A stretch of 64,000 nt of DNA from Candidatus Oxydemutator sp. (GCA_965203445.1 OZ241883.1:576001-640000); one strand, 5' to 3'. Positions 40,922-41,621 are shown, numbered from the stretch's first letter. Program-made: numbers and translations. Notes: a model not told the origin generated them from the sequence alone.

Positions 40922-41587
40922 CACGCGATCACGCACCTCGACCGTCACCACGTCCACGCCCGTCGCACCGCGCGCGTCCGCAACCGTCAACTCGAACACC
41001 AGCGTCTCCGCCACCACCACCCGCGGCACCGCGAACGTCGCCGTCTCCGACGTGGCGCCCGTCACCCCGACGACCGTGCCGCTGAGCTGACGCCACCGAT
41101 ACGTCAACTCCTCGCCTTCCGGATCATCCGCGACGCCGCGCAGCGTAACCACGTCGCCCTCGCCCGCGATCACGTCGGAACCCGCGTCCACCATCGGCGC
41201 GTCGTTCGCACCCGCGCGCACCGTGATCACCACCGTGTTCGTCGTATTGCCGACCAGCTGCCGTTCCACGGGCGACGACAAACCCCGCACGTCGGTTACC
41301 ACCAGCGCGAACTCAAGCGTCTCGTCGTCCACCAACTGCGTCGGCGCCAGGAACGTCGTGCTGCGCGCCGCGGCGTCGCGCAACGCCACCGTGGCGCCGC
41401 CGGTCTGACGCCAGCCGTACCTCAGCGGCTCGTTGTGCGAACTGCTGCTCGCGGCGCCGTCCAAAGTCACCACGGCGCCCTCGGACACGGTCTGATCAGG
41501 CCCGGCGTGCGCCGTCGGCGCGACCGCTTCCTGGGCGGACACGGTAGCGGCAACGGACAACCCTAATAGCAATAACAGACTACGCAC
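1..41587 (-). CDS. Giant secreted repetitive adhesin-like protein (gene B): signal peptide, 2 PKD-like domains, >=29 GLUG-type beta-helix + Calx-beta modules; 3' end runs out of the window (>13,860 aa)
   Basis: Hand translation from GTG at 41587 gives (M)RSLLLLLGLSVAATVSA-QEAVAPTAHAGPDQTVSEGAVVTLDG, followed by the same modules as gene A. The 29 antisense marker ORFs that tag each module (15, 1413, 2811 ... 39528) all start at positions divisible by 3, so the frame is constant over 41.6 kb. No long stop-terminated ORF in this frame is listed in the track, so I infer no internal stop. The true start may be the ATG at 41615 if the G tract is 26 or 29 nt. Confidence 0.92.
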   Translation of the reverse strand, partial: MRSLLLLLGLSVAATVSAQEAVAPTAHAGPDQTVSEGAVVTLDGAASSSSHNEPLRYGWRQTGGATVALRDAAARSTTFLAPTQLVDDETLEFALVVTDVRGLSSPVERQLVGNTTNTVVITVRAGANDAPMVDAGSDVIAGEGDVVTLRGVADDPEGEELTYRWRQLSGTVVGVTGATSETATFAVPRVVVAETLVFELTVADARGATGVDVVTVEVRDRVDYDFDDDNLIEVATTSQLAAIGHDLGGAGLAGVSSANEAAYRAYRAAFPLYDEMETCPGTCAGYELSADLDLSSIADWTPLGGGDTPDSYTAVFEGNGHVISNLRMSSGGVYGTGLFGIVGADGRIRNVGLRNAQVAVGHIYVGALVGRNRGRVAASYVSGGRISGSFRVGGLIGGNSGRLVASYADVEVHASLGEAGGLVGEASVASVVSASYSVGETTGGSRVGGLIGRRVATAGGGQFGVTIIAAVESSYFDKERSLRSSCCGTNAHGLDDVVAKTSSDMILPITATGTIYAGWDKLNVDDVDQGGDDDYNDDAPWDFGSAFDYPVLVFGGATDTESARRTSQQQAQPQVSLAPTLIGSETVSEGGTASYVVSLSESLPAGVSASWNWAVGGEVSTDDFVGATSGDVVIASGAVSASFSVVVFDDDVPEFSEVLVVTLTGARLTGVPARVSLGVPLPVRTTIEVSDEIDYDFDDDTLIEVATTSQLAAIRYDLGGAGVTGVSDTNNVAYRKAFPFFDEASCPRACIGYELSADLDLSDIADWTPLGGGDTPDAYTAVFEGNGHVISNLRMSGGGVYGTGLFGIVGADGRIRNVGLRNAQVAVGHIYVGALVGRNRGKVAASYVSGGRISGSFRVGGLIGGNSGRLVASYADVEVHASIGEVGGLVGEASVASVVSASYSVGKTTGGSRVGGLIGRRVATAGGGQFGVTIIAAVESSYFDKERSLRSSCCGTNEFGLDDVVAKTSSDMILPITATGTIYAGWDKLNVDDVDQGSDGDLNDDAPWDFGTEFDYPVLVFGGATETEVARRTSQREAQRETQPEVSLTPTLAGSAGVSEGEAASYVVRFPGALPAGVTASWNWAVGGNQVIADDFDGRTSGSVVIASGASSASFSVRVRDDVITELSEVMVVALSDAMLTGAPARVSLGVPASVSTVISPSDGVGRDYDLDGDTLIEVATTSQLSAIRHDLGGAGLAGVSSEDRPAYRAAFPFFDETQTCPGASCTGYELSADLDLSSILDWTPIGGGGSDEIPNDGAFPQDYRSCVTRQSRGTRVCWDGAPADYYYTAVFEGNGHVISNLRMDRDGRWWHMGLFGAVNANGIIRNVGLRNARVNLDDSGSTYIGALVGRNEGKVAASYVSGGRISGVFGVGGLIGGHYGSLVASYADVEVQAGIGLVPPGETFSGRLNAGGLVGEVAAASVVSASYSIGATMGTAAVGGLIGGHEYHDDHLLLNYADVLQSSYFDGQRSGQSSCCGRNPPSPDNTSKTSAELFSPTAAALTIYEGWEQLNVDDVDQGDDGDLNDDAPWDFGTVFDYPVLVFAGATETKAMRRTSQQQAQGVILVPTLAGSATGPEGGIASYVVRFPVVLPAGASASWNWSVGGGEVDADDFVGTTAGSVVITSGTASASFSLRVRADGEIEPPEVMVVALSNARLAGAPAHVGLGVPLPVSTTIEFSDGIDYDEDDDTLIEVATTSQLAAIRYDLGGAGLAGVSSANKSAYFAAFPLFGAPQTCPSTCTGYELSADLDLSSVNPAPGAGWTPLGGGVETLQEEHYYTAVFEGNGRVVSNLRVISDGQRSHAGLFGAVSAVGVIRNVGLRNARVSVGAHSTYIGALVGRNEGKVAASYVSGGRISGVWAVGGLIGGHYGGLVASYADVEVHADGANAGGLVGEAGAVSVVSASYSVGATTGSGIVGGLIGNRRVGAVVGSSYFDAERSGQSDCCGSNVPSPDNSSKTSNQLRVPTTATGTIYAGWSRLNVDGVARADDGDLNDDAPWDFGSVFDYPVLVFGGATETMATRRTSQQQAQRVILAPTLAGSETVSEGGTASYVVSLPLVLPAGVSARWDWVVGGGEAGAADFVATTGSVAIASGAVSASFSVVVFDDDVPEFSEVLVVTLTGARLTGAPARVSLGVVAVRTTIEVSDRIDYDFDDDNLIEVATTSQLAAIRYDLGGAGIAGVSSANEAAYRAYRAAFPLYDETRTCPGTCAGYELSADLDLSSVNPAPGPGWTPLGGGVPRAVPGDAYTAVFEGNGHVIRNLRVARDGEWQIGLFGRVGAGGVIRNVGLHNARVEMGGDSLFIGALVGDNEGEVLASYVIGGRVSGNAGVGGLIGGHYAGRLVASYADVEVRADGANVGGLIGEAGGASVVSASYSVGRVTGIYPIGGLIGNRVAGAVVESSYFDRERSRQGGCCKPRASHQLRAPTTAVGTLYAGWDKLHVDDVDQGDDGDYNDDAPWDFGSVFDYPVLVFGGATETQAARRTSQREAQPQVILAATLAGSATVSEGEAASYVVSLPLALPAGVSARWDWVVGGGEADVADFVGTTGIVVIGSGASSASFSVTVFDDAVPEFSEILVVTLTGARLTGVPARVSLGVPVPVRTAIEVSDEIDYDFDDDTLIEVATTSQLAAIRHDLGGAGIAGVSSADEAAYLAAFPFFGDGQTCPSTCTGYELSTDLDLSDVPNWTPIGGGITRAPWNYVPPERRYQAVFEGNGHVISNVTIRSTNNATARFDSVGFFGAVGVTGRIRNVGLNNVHTDVASRSVGAGALAGYNAGKVAACYVVGDGRQVRGGWDLGGLVGRLDGGVVVASYADVPVHQRSRGQNVGGLIGVVVNGGIVSASYALSRLTRDGDGLQGFPSGGLVGGYGSGTLQASYFDAERSGQSRCCGGTNAPSSDDTSKTSSQLRVPTTAAGTLYEGWDRLNVDGVDQGGDDDYNDDAPWDFGSVFDYPVLVFGGATDTQVARRTSQQQAQPQVILAAALTGSVTVSEGGTARYVVRLPLVLPAGVRARWDWAVGGDVGADDFVGTTAGSVVIASGAVSASFSVTVLDDDVPEFSEVLVVTLTGARLTGVPARVSLGVPVPVRTTIGASDEIDYDFDDDTLIEVATTSQLAAIRHDLGGAGIAGVSSADEAAYLAAFPFFGDGQTCPSTCAGYELSADLDLSGLNWKPIGGEATTLAHRLRNPYGAVFEGNGHVISNLTITRNDRPWYSMGLFGVVSDVGVIRNVGLRNARVSVGQVSVGSNSTYIGALVGSNRGKVAASYVSGGRVSGAFSVGGLIGSHFGRVVASYADVEVHGLGTVGGLVGASGGASVVSASYSIGATTGAGLVGGLIGNRVVGATLESSYFDAESSGRSRCCGANVPSPDNTSKTSGELIGPTTATGTIYAGWDKLNVDDVDRGDDGDLNDDAPWDFGGVFDYPVLVFGGATETMAIRRTSQQQAQQVILTPMLAGSETTSEGGTASYVVSLPLVLPTGVRARWDWTVGGGEADVADFVNTTGSVAIASGAVSASFSVGVLDDDVPEFSEVLVVTLTGARITGAPRRVSLGVPLSVRTTIEVSDRIDYDFDDDNLIEVATTSQLAAIRHDLGGAGLAGVVGDANRAAYLAAFPLYNGVRTCPGTCAGYELSADLDLSGVNPAPRPGWTPIGGGVGPAAFPGDTYTAVFEGNGHVIRNLRVARDGWYQIGLFGAVGAGGTIRNVGLRNARVHGGYFVGALVGFNQGEVAASYAGGGRVSGASAVGGLAGAHYGRLVAGYADVEVYAEESVVGGLIGEISLGAVVSASYSVGETTGAPGVSSIGGLIGSGAASALVQSSYFDQERSGQSSCCGTFARGLDNVVPRRSSQLYAPTTAAGIYEGWDQLNVDRVDQGGDDDYNDDAPWDFGSVFDYPVLVFGGATETMAMRRTSQQQAQPRVILAATLTGSETVSEGGTASYVVSLPLVLPAGVTARWDWAVGGGDVDADDFVGTTGSVAIGSGASSASFSVRVFDDDVPELSEVLVVTLTGARLTGAPRHVSLGVPVSVRTTIKTSDQMDYDFDDDTLIEVATTSQLAAIGHDLGGAGLAGVSSANEAAYRAYRAAFPHYDEKQTCPGTCTGYELSADLDLSGLNWKPIGGEATTLTHRLRNPYSAVFEGNGRVISDLTITRNDRPWYSMGLFGVVSDVGVIRNVGLRNARVSVGNNGTYIGALVGSNRGKVAASYVSGGRVSGAFSVGGLIGSHFGRVVASYADVEVHGLGTVGGLVGASGGASVVSASYSIGATTGAGLVGGLIGNRVVGATLESSYFDAESSGRSRCCGANVPSPDNTSKTSGELIGPTTATGTIYAGWDKLNVDDVDRGDDGDLNDDAPWDFGGVFDYPVLVFGGATETMAIRRTSQQEAQPRIILVPAFTGSVTVPEGGTASYVVSLPVILPRGVTASWDWTVGGGEADAADFVNTTGAVVIGSGASSASFSVGVLDDDVPEFSEVLVVTLTGARITGAPRRVSLGVPLSVRTTIEVSDEIDYDFDDDNLIEVATTSQLAAIRHDLGGAGLAGVVGDANRAAYLAAFPLYNEVRTCPGTCAGYELSADLDLSGVNPAPRPGWTPIGGGVGPATFPGDAYTAVFEGNGHVIRNLRVARDGWYQIGLFGAVGAGGTIRNVGLRNARVHGGYFVGALVGFNQGEVAASYAGGGRVSGASAVGGLAGAHYGRLVAGYADVEVYAEESVVGGLIGEISLGAVVSASYSVGETTGAPGVSSIGGLIGSGAASALVQSSYFDQERSGQSSCCGTFARGLDNVVPRRSSQLYAPTTAAGIYEGWDQLNVDRVDQGGDDDYNDDAPWDFGSVFDYPVLVFGGATETMAMRRTSQQQAQPRVILAVTFVGSETTSEGGTASYVVSLPLVLPAGVTASWSWAVGGDDVGADDFVGTTAGSVVIASGAVSASFSVVVFDDDVPELSEVLVVTLTGARLTGAPRHVSLGVPVSVRTTIETSDQIDYDFDDDNLIEVATTSQLAMIRHDLGGAGLAGVSSANEAAYRAYRAAFPHYDEKQTCPGTCAGYELSADLDLSSVNPAPGPGWTPLGGGVPRAVPGDAYTAVFEGNGHVIRNLRVARDGEWQIGLFGRVGAGGVIRNVGLHNARVEMGGDSLFIGALVGDNEGEVLASYVIGGRVSGNAGVGGLIGGHYAGRLVASYADVEVRADGANVGGLIGEAGGASVVSASYSVGRVTGIYPIGGLIGNRVAGAVVESSYFDQERSRQGGCCKPRASHQLRAPTTAVGTLYAGWDKLHVDDVDQGDDGDYNDDAPWDFGTVFDYPVLVFGGATETVAMRRTSQQEAQPRIILAPAFTGSVTVPEGGTASYVVSLPVILPRGVTASWDWTVGGGEADAADFVATTGAVVIGSGASSASFSVRVFDDDVPELSEVLVVTLTGARLTGAPRRVSLGVPLSVRTTIEASDEIDYDVDGDDLIQVATTSRLAAIRYDLGGAGLAGVSSANRAAYLAAFPFFDVEQTCPGTCTGYELSADLDLAGEDWTPLGGAGTSDYYTAVFEGNGHVISNVTIRSANNGAARLDNVGLFGAVGAGGIIRNVGLDNVHTDVSGASMGAGALAGYNAGKVAACYVVGGGGQVRGGSALGGLVGGLDGGVVIASYADVPVHQRSPGRSVGGLIGAVANGGIVSASYALSRLTRDGDGLQGSPSGGLVGDYLSGTLQTSYFDKQRSGQSACCGSNVPTTDNAPRTSVQLRAPTAAAGTIYEGWDRLNVDGVDHNGDYNDDAPWDFGSTFDYPVLVFGGATDTQAARRTSQQRALEVTVAATLAGSETVSEGGTASYVVRLPMVLPAGVSASWSWAVGGGDVSADDFVGTTAGSVVIASGAVSASFSVRVFDDDVPELSEVMVVTLTGVRLAGAPAHVGLGVPLSVRTTIEVSDEIDYDFDDDNLIEVATTSQLSAIRYDLGGAGLAGVSSANEAAYRAYQAAFPVYDEARTCPGTCKGYELAADLDLSSVNPAPGTGWTPIGGLAQGFFFVYPEEVGYAAVFEGNGHVIRNLRMEYRRLFSRDGWSGTGLFGAVGANGRIRNVGLRNVLMNSGSSFREVGALVGYNRGKVAASYVIGGRVSLFSAGGGLIGVNDGEVVASYADVEVIGSRVGGLVGLVYFGSSVKASYSVGKVTNTLDRSSSSGGLIGARGDGGYIGPGYVDSSYFDSQRSGEGRCCGPKRSRDLRIPTTAAGTIYAGWDKLDVDGVDQNDDNNLNDDSPWDFGSVFDYPVLVFGGATETRQARRTSQQEAQPKVNLAATITGSATVSEGEVASFVVRLPEPLPPGVIMRWGWVVGGGEVDTADFVGATTGNAVIASGADRTSFSVRVRDDDEPEFSETLVATLSNVRLTGAPVRGVDLGVPVSAVTTIEVSDEIDYNGDDDTLIDVETTSQLAAIRYDLGGVGLAGVSDANRDAYLAAFPFFGKQETCPRTCTGYELVNDLDLSSVNPAPGPGWTPIGGGVMLHDLPGDAYTAVFEGNGHVIRNMRVARAGQWYRVGLFGAVGAAGTIRNVGLRDARVSLGSNSEFTGALVGRNEGTVAASYVSGGRISGVWFVGGLIGGHYGRLVASYADVEVQAGESNVGGLAGEVGGASVVSASYSVGRTAGASPVGGLVGNRVVGAVVESSYFDAERSGQRDCCGLNAPDPDDARQTSSELRAPTTAAGTIYAGWDRLNVDRVDQNDDDDYNDDAPWDFGGAFDYPVLVFGGATETMAMRRTSQQETQPRASLAATLTGSVTVSEGESAGYVVSLPQALPPGVSVRWDWSVGGDEVTVADFVGVTGSVVVASGAVSASFSVRIFDDAIPELSEVLVVTLSNARLTGAPARNVDLGAPVSVKTTIEFSDVPDYDVDDDTLIEVATTSQLAAIRYDLGGAGIAGVSTANRAAYRVAFPLFGVFDEIRSCPSTCTGYELAADLDLSSVEPHPAPGWTPLGGGIRSEDLVGDSSVDFYTAVFEGNGHVISNLRVVRMGRWYFTGLFGAVSASGVIRNVGLRNARVEVRFDNVGGSLYTGALAGDNRGQVAASYVIGGRISGTWHVGGLVGRNLGRVVASYADVAVHADGNSVGGLVGEAGGASVVRASYSVGRPTGDSPGGLMGIRNVGAVVESSYFDAERSGQDRCCGSNVRDSDDARQTSHGLRTPTTAAGTIYAGWDQLNVDGVDQEGDGDYNDDAPWDFGSAFDYPVLVFGGATETRLARRTSQRETQPQVGLAAALTGSATVAEGEVASYVVSLPVILPTGVTASWNWTVGGGEADIADFVGTTGIVAIGSGASSASFSVEVRDDDAPELSEALVVTLASARLTGAPQYVRLGVPASVMTIIELSDGTGYDDDNDTLIDVATTSQLAAIRYDLGGVGIAGVVGTANRAAYFAAFPFFDEKRTCPRTCTGYELANDLDLSSVEPAPGAGWTPLGGGIPDDNYSVGYYTAVFEGNGHVISNLRMNRSGQWFYMGLFGAVGADGRIRNVGLHNARVSLGRDADHVGALVGTSEGGVAASYVSGGRISGGAFVGGLLGSHYGGLVASYADVRVHADESNVGGLVGATGFASVVSASYSVGRTTGGLPSGGLIGNMAAGTVVWSSYYEAGRSGQSACCGFRAPDPDNTSKTSGQLRAPTMAAGTIYEGWDQLNVDGVARRGDDDLNDDAPWDFGSVFDYPVLVFGGATETMAMRRTLQREAQPKASLAATLAGSATVSEGESASYVVRLPQALPAGVRVRWDWSVGGGDVDAADFVGVTASTVAIESGAVSASFSVTIFDDDEPEFSEVLVVTLTGARITGAPARGVDLGAPVSVRTMIEASDGTTYNGDGDTLIDVETTSQLAAIRYDLGGVGLAGVGKTNKSAYYAAFPFFDEKRTCPSTCTGYELSADLDLSDVADWTPIGGGGTPDSYTAVFEGNGHVISNLTMTGDGQRYRVGLFGAVGADGVIRNVGLRNARVDLGRSSTYTGALVGRNEGKVAASYVSGGRVSGAFGVGGLIGGHYGSLVASYADVEVQAEGSNAGGLVGEAGGASVVSASYSVGVTTGTSTVGGLIGRKHAAAALKSSYFDAERSGLSRCCGTNVPTTDTAPRTSSQLRVPTTTAGTIYAGWDQLDVDGVDRRRDGDYNDDAPWDFGSVFEYPILVFGGATETSAMRRASQREAQPKVSLAPTLAGSATVSEGSTASYVVGLPEALPPGASVRWDWEVGGDQVSAADFVTTTGTVAIASGAVSASFSVGVRDDDEPELSEVIVVTLSDARLTGAPARGVDLGAPVSVRTMIEASDQRDYDDDNDGLIDVATTSQLAAIGHDLGGVGIAGVSSANRAAYYAAFPVFGETQTCPRTCTGYELSADLDLSGIPDWTPLGGGSGVESPVDYYTAVFEGNGHVISNLTMTGDGQRYHVGLFGAVGADGAIRNVGLRNARVDLGRSSTYTGALVGRNEGTVAASYVSGGRISGASGVGGLIGGHYGGLVASYADVGVHAEESNAGGLVGVAGGASVVSASYSVGATTGSGTVGGLIGNRVAGAVVESSYFDAERSGLSRCCGTNAPSPDDTSKTSSELRVPTTAAGTIYAGWDQLNVDGLDRGRDGDLNDDAPWDFGSVFDYPVLVFGGSTGTVQARRTSQQEAQPKVRLVATLAGSATVSEGESASYVVRLPQALPPGVSVRWDWSVGGGDVDADDFVGVTASTVVVVSGAVSASFSVEVRDDDVSELSEVLVVTLTGARLTGAPARGVDLGAPVSVRTTIAFSDGIAYNDDGDTLIDVATTSQLAAIGHDLGGVGIAGVSSANRAAYFAAFPVFDGTKTCPRTCTGYELSADLDLSDIADWTPIGGGVRLEDLPGDAYSAVFEGNGHVISNLTMTGDGQRYHVGLFGAVGADGVIRNVGLRNARVALGDLGRSSTYTGALVGRNEGKVAASYVIGGRISGASGVGGLIGGHYGGLVASYADVGVHAEGSNAGGLVGEAGGASVVSASYSVGVTTGTATAGGLIGNRVVGAVVESSYFDAERSGLSRCCGTNAPSPDDTSKTSSQLRVPTTTAGTIYAGWDQLNVDGLDRIGDGNLNDDAPWDFGTVFEYPVLVFGGSTETMQARRTLQREAQPKANFAATLVGSTTVSEGERASYVVRLPEPLPPGVIVRWGWVVGGEVDTADFVGATTGNAVIASGADSTSFSVRVRDDDEPELPEALVVTLSNARLTGLPARGVSLGVPVSVVTTIEASDEIDYDFDDDTLIEVETTSQLAMIRHDLGGAGLAGVSDANRDAYLAAFPFFGKQETCPRTCTGYELVNDLDLSSVNPAPGPGWTPIGGGVMLHDLPGDAYTAVFEGNGHVIRNMRVARAGQWYRVGLFGAVGAAGTIRNVGLRDARVSLGSNSEFTGALVGRNEGTVAASYVSGGRISGVWFVGGLIGGHYGRLVASYADVEVQAGESNVGGLAGEVGGASVVSASYSVGRTAGASPVGGLVGNRVVGAVVESSYFDAERSGQRDCCGLNVPDPDDARQTSSELRAPTTAAGTIYAGWDRLNVDRVDQNDDDDYNDDAPWDFGGAFDYPVLVFGGATETEAMRRTSQQETQPRVSLAATLTGSVTVSEGESASYVVSLPQALPPGVSVRWDWSVGGDEVTVADFVGVTGSVVVASGAVSASFSVGVFDDAIPEFSEVLVVTLASARLTGAPARGVDLGVPVSVKTTIEFSDALDYDVDDDNLIEVATTSQLAAIRYDLDGAGLAGVSSANRAAYLAAFPLFDEFDQVQTCPGTCAGYELSADLDLSSVEPHPGTGWTPLGGGVEVQDFPGDYYTAVFEGNGHVISNLRVARDEGWYQMGLFGAVSASGTIRNVGLRNARVEVAASGFGQSPFVGALVGDNRGQVAVSYVIGGRVSGGFGVGGLIGNNAGRVVASYADVAVHAFSTVGGLVGQADLASVVSASYSVGRVTGFFSPIGGLIGSGFRNSVVESSYFDKERGVQSDCCGSKTSHQLRAPTTAAGTIYAGWDKLNVDRVDQGDDGDYNDDAPWDFGTAFDYPVLVFGGATETRLARRTSQRETQPPVGLAATLTGSATVAEGEVASYVVSLPVILPAGVTASWNWMVGGDEVDADDFVGTTGIVAIGSGASSASFSVRVFDDDAPEFPEVLVVTLASARLAGAPQDVTVGAPASVSTIIEFSDGSDYNDDNDTLIDVATTSRLAAIRYDLGGVGPAGVSDANRAAYYAAFPFFDEKRTCPSTCTGYELSGDLDLSGIPDWTPIGGGSGVESPPDSYTAVFEGNGHVISNLTMTGDGQWYHVGLFGAVGADGVIRNVGLRNARVALGALGRSSTYTGALVGRNEGKVAASYVIGGRISGASRVGGLIGGHYGSLVASYADVEVHAEGSNAGGLVGEAGGASVVNASYSVGVTTGTSTVGGLIGRKHAAAALESSYFDSERSGLSRCCGTNVPTTDTAPRTSSQLRVPTTATGTIYAGWDKLNVDNVDRRRDGNYNDDAPWDFGSVFDYPVLVFGGATETMAMRRASQREAQPAVSFAPTLAGSATVSEGGTATYVVSLPGALPLETTASWDWSVGGEVDAADFVGVTAGSVAIVSGAVSASFSLRVRDDDEPELSEVLVVALASARLTGAPQYVRLGVPASVMTIIELSDGTDYDDDNDTLIDVATTSQLAAIRYDLGGAGIAGVVGKANRLAYFAAFPVFDEKQTCPRTCTGYELAADLDLSSVEPAPGAGWTPLGGGIPDNNYSVDYYTAVFEGNGHVISNLRMNRSGQWFYMGLFGAVGADGRIRNVGLHNARVSLGGNSEHVGALVGTNEGAVAASYVSGGRISGALYIGGLIGGHYGSLVASYADVEVRASASNAGGLVGATDFASVVSASYSVGRTTGGLPSGGLIGNIAAGTVVWSSYYDAERSGQSACCGFGAPDPDNTSKTSSQLRAPTTATGTIYAGWDQLNVDGVDQGRDDDLNDDSPWDFGSVFDYPVLVFGGATDTESARRTLQREAQPKASLAATLTGSATVSEGESASYVVRLPQALPAGVTVSWDWSVGGGDVDAADFVGVTASTVAIESGAVSASFSVEVRDDDEPELSEVIVVTLTGARLTGAPARGVDLGAPVSVRTIIEASDEIDYDDDNDGLIDVATTSRLAAIRYDLGGVGLAGVSDANRAAYYAAFPFFDEKRTCPSTCTGYELSGDLDLSDVADWTPIGGGVGLQDLPGDAYTAVFEGNGHVISNLRVATDGQRYHVGLFGAVGAAGVIRNVGLRNARVDLGRSSTYTGALVGRNEGKVAASYVIGGRISGASGVGGLIGGHYGRLVASYADVEVHAEGSNAGGLAGEAGGASVVSASYSVGVTTGTATAGGLIGNRVVGAVVESSYFDAERSGLSRCCGTNVPTTDTAPRTSSQLRVPTTTAGTIYAGWDQLNVDGLDRIGDGNLNDDAPWDFGSVFDYPVLVFGGSTETVQARRTSQREAQPAVSLAPTLAGSETVSEGGTASYVVRLPQALPPGVRARWDWSVGGGEVDADDFVGVTASSVAIESGAVSASFSLRVRVDDEPELSEVLVVTLTGARLTGAPAHVSLGVPLSVRTTIEASGAKDYDVDDDNLIEVATTSQLAAIRYDLGGVGLAGVSGDANRAAYLAAFPVFDVEQICPGTCTGYELSADLDLSGIPDWTPIGGGSGVEYPVDSYTAVFEGNGRVVSNLTMTGDGQRYHVGLFGAVGADGAIRNVGLRNARVVLGRSSTYTGALVGRNEGTVAASYVSGGRISGASRVGGLIGGHYGGLVASYADVEVHAEGSNAGGLVGEAGGASVVSASYSVGATTGSGTVGGLIGNRVVGAVVESSYFDAERSGLSRCCGTNAPSPDDTSKTSSELRVPTTTAGTIYAGWDQLNVDGLDRGRDGDLNDDAPWDFGSVFDYPVLVFGGATDTEAARRTLQREAQPAVSLAPTLAGSETVSEGGTASYVVRLPQALPPGVRASWDWSVGGGEVDADDFVDAITGTVVIVSGAVSASFSLRVRVDGELEFSEVLVVTLTGARLTGAPAHVSVGVPVSVRTTIEGSGEIDYDLDNDTLIEVATTSQLAMIRYDLDGVGLAGVSGDANRDAYLDAFPVFDVEQTCPTTCTGYELSADLDLSSVEPAPGPGWTPLGGGVSPLLDEDYYTAVFEGNGHVISNMRMTRDGRLSHAGLFGAVSAVGVIRNVGLRDARVSLGNHSTYIGALVGRNEGKVAASYVSGGRISGVWAVGGLIGGNFGRLVASYADVEVHAGGANVGGLVGEAGGASVVSASYSVGEPTGATAGGLIGQRLAGAVVESSYFDTGRSLQASCCGTEPGDTDNVAPRTSSELRVPTTTAGTIYAGWDQLNVDGLDRGRDGNLNDDSPWDFGSVFDYPVLVFGGATDTEAARRTSQREAQPAVSLAPTLTGSETVSEGGTASYVVRLPQALPPGVRAHWDWSVGGGEVDADDFIGATTGNVAIVSGAVSASFSVAVRDDDAPEFSEVLVVTLTGARLTGAPARVSLGVPLSVRTTIEASDETIYNGDGDTLIDVETTSQLAAIRYDLGGVGPAGVSSANKAAYYAAFPFFDEKRTCPSTCTGYELSADLDLSGIPDWTPIGGGSGVEAPVDYYTAVFEGNGRVVSNLTMTGDGQRYHVGLFGAVGAGGVIRNVGLRNARVVLGRSSTYTGALVGRNEGKVAASYVIGGRVSGASRVGGLIGGHYGGLVASYADVEVHAEESNAGGLVGEAGAASVVSASYSVGVTTGTTTAGGLIGNRVVGAVVESSYFDAERSGLSRCCGTNAPSPDDTSKTSSELRVPTTTAGTIYAGWDQLNVDGLDRGRDGNLNDDSPWDFGSVFDYPVLVFGGATDTEAARRTSQREAQPAVSLAPTLTGSETVSEGGTASYVVRLPQALPPGVRARWDWSVGGGEVDADDFVGTTAGNVVIVSGAVSASFSLRVRDDGMPELSEVLVVTLTGARLTGAPAHVSLGVPLSVRTIIEASDETIYNGDGDTLIDVETTSQLAAIRYDLGGVGPAGVSKTNKSAYYAAFPFFDEKRTCPSTCTGYELSNDLDLSGIPDWTPLGGGVGLQDLPGDAYSAIFEGNGHVISNLRVTRSGSWYHVGLFGAVGAAGVIRNVGLRNARVVLGRSSTYTGALVGRNEGKVAASYVSGGRISGASGVGGLIGGHYGRLVASYADVEVHAEESNAGGLVGEAGGASVVSASYSVGVTTGTATAGGLIGNRVAGAVVESSYFDAERSGLSRCCGTNAPSPDDTSKTSSELRVPTTTAGTIYAGWDQLNVDGLDQGDNGDLNDDSPWDFGSVFDYPVLVFGGSTETVQARRTSQREAQPAVSLAPTLAGSETVSEGGTASYVVRLPQALPPGVRASWDWSVGGGEADAADFVGVTASSVVIESGAVSASFSVGVFDDDAPEFSEVLVVTLTGARLTGAPARGVDLGMPVSVRTIIEASDETIYNGDGDTLIDVETTSQLAAIRYDLGGVGPAGVSKTNKSAYYAAFPFFDEKRTCPSTCTGYELSNDLDLSGIPDWTPLGGGVGLQDLPGDAYSAIFEGNGHVISNLRVTRSGSWYHVGLFGAVGAAGVIRNVGLRNARMNLGRSSTYTGALVGRNEGKVAASYVSGGRVSGASRVGGLIGGHYGRLVASYADVEVHAEGSNAGGLVGEAGGASVVSASYSVGVTTGTATAGGLIGNRVVGAVVESSYFDAERSGLSRCCGTNAPSPDDTSKTSSELRVPTTTAGTIYAGWDQLDVDGVDRGRDGDLNDDAPWDFGSVFDYPVLVFGGATDTEVARRTLQREAQPAVSLAPTLAGSETVSEGGTASYVVRLPQALPPGVRARWDWSVGGGEVDAADFVGVTASSVAIESGAVSASFSVGVRDDDAPEFSEVLVVTLTGARLTGAPARGVDLGMPVSVRTIIEASD
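40922..41524 (-). other. Two PKD-like (KIAA0319/K319L-type) Ig domains at the N-terminus of gene B
   Basis: APTAHAGPDQTVSEGAVVTLDG...YGWRQ...FLAP... and NDAPMVDAGSDVIAGEGDVVTLRG...YRWRQ...FELTVADARG; the same pattern as the gene A array. Confidence 0.8.
41534..41587 (-). other. Sec/SPI-type signal peptide of gene B
   Basis: (V/M)-R-S-LLLLL-GLSVAATVSA|QE: basic n-region, hydrophobic h-region, small residues at -3/-1 (V-S-A), followed by QE. Confidence 0.8.
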
Positions 41588-41613
41588 CCCCCCCCCCCCC
41601 CCCCCCCCCCCCC
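41587..41613 (-). repeat. 27-nt poly-G homopolymer (poly-C on +) at the translation start of gene B; candidate phase-variation tract
   Basis: The + strand has 27 consecutive C at 41587-41613. The minus strand reads CCAGTGAT(G)27TGCGTAGT; the first G completes an ATG and the last G begins an in-frame GTG. It is the only very long homopolymer seen in the window. Confidence 0.9.
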
Positions 41614-41621
41614 ATCACTGG

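Noticed and set aside
1-41615. Calling gene B a pseudogene because the ATG is out of frame
   Set aside because: 41.6 kb of intact frame, an in-frame GTG and uncertain homopolymer length argue for a functional or phase-variable gene.
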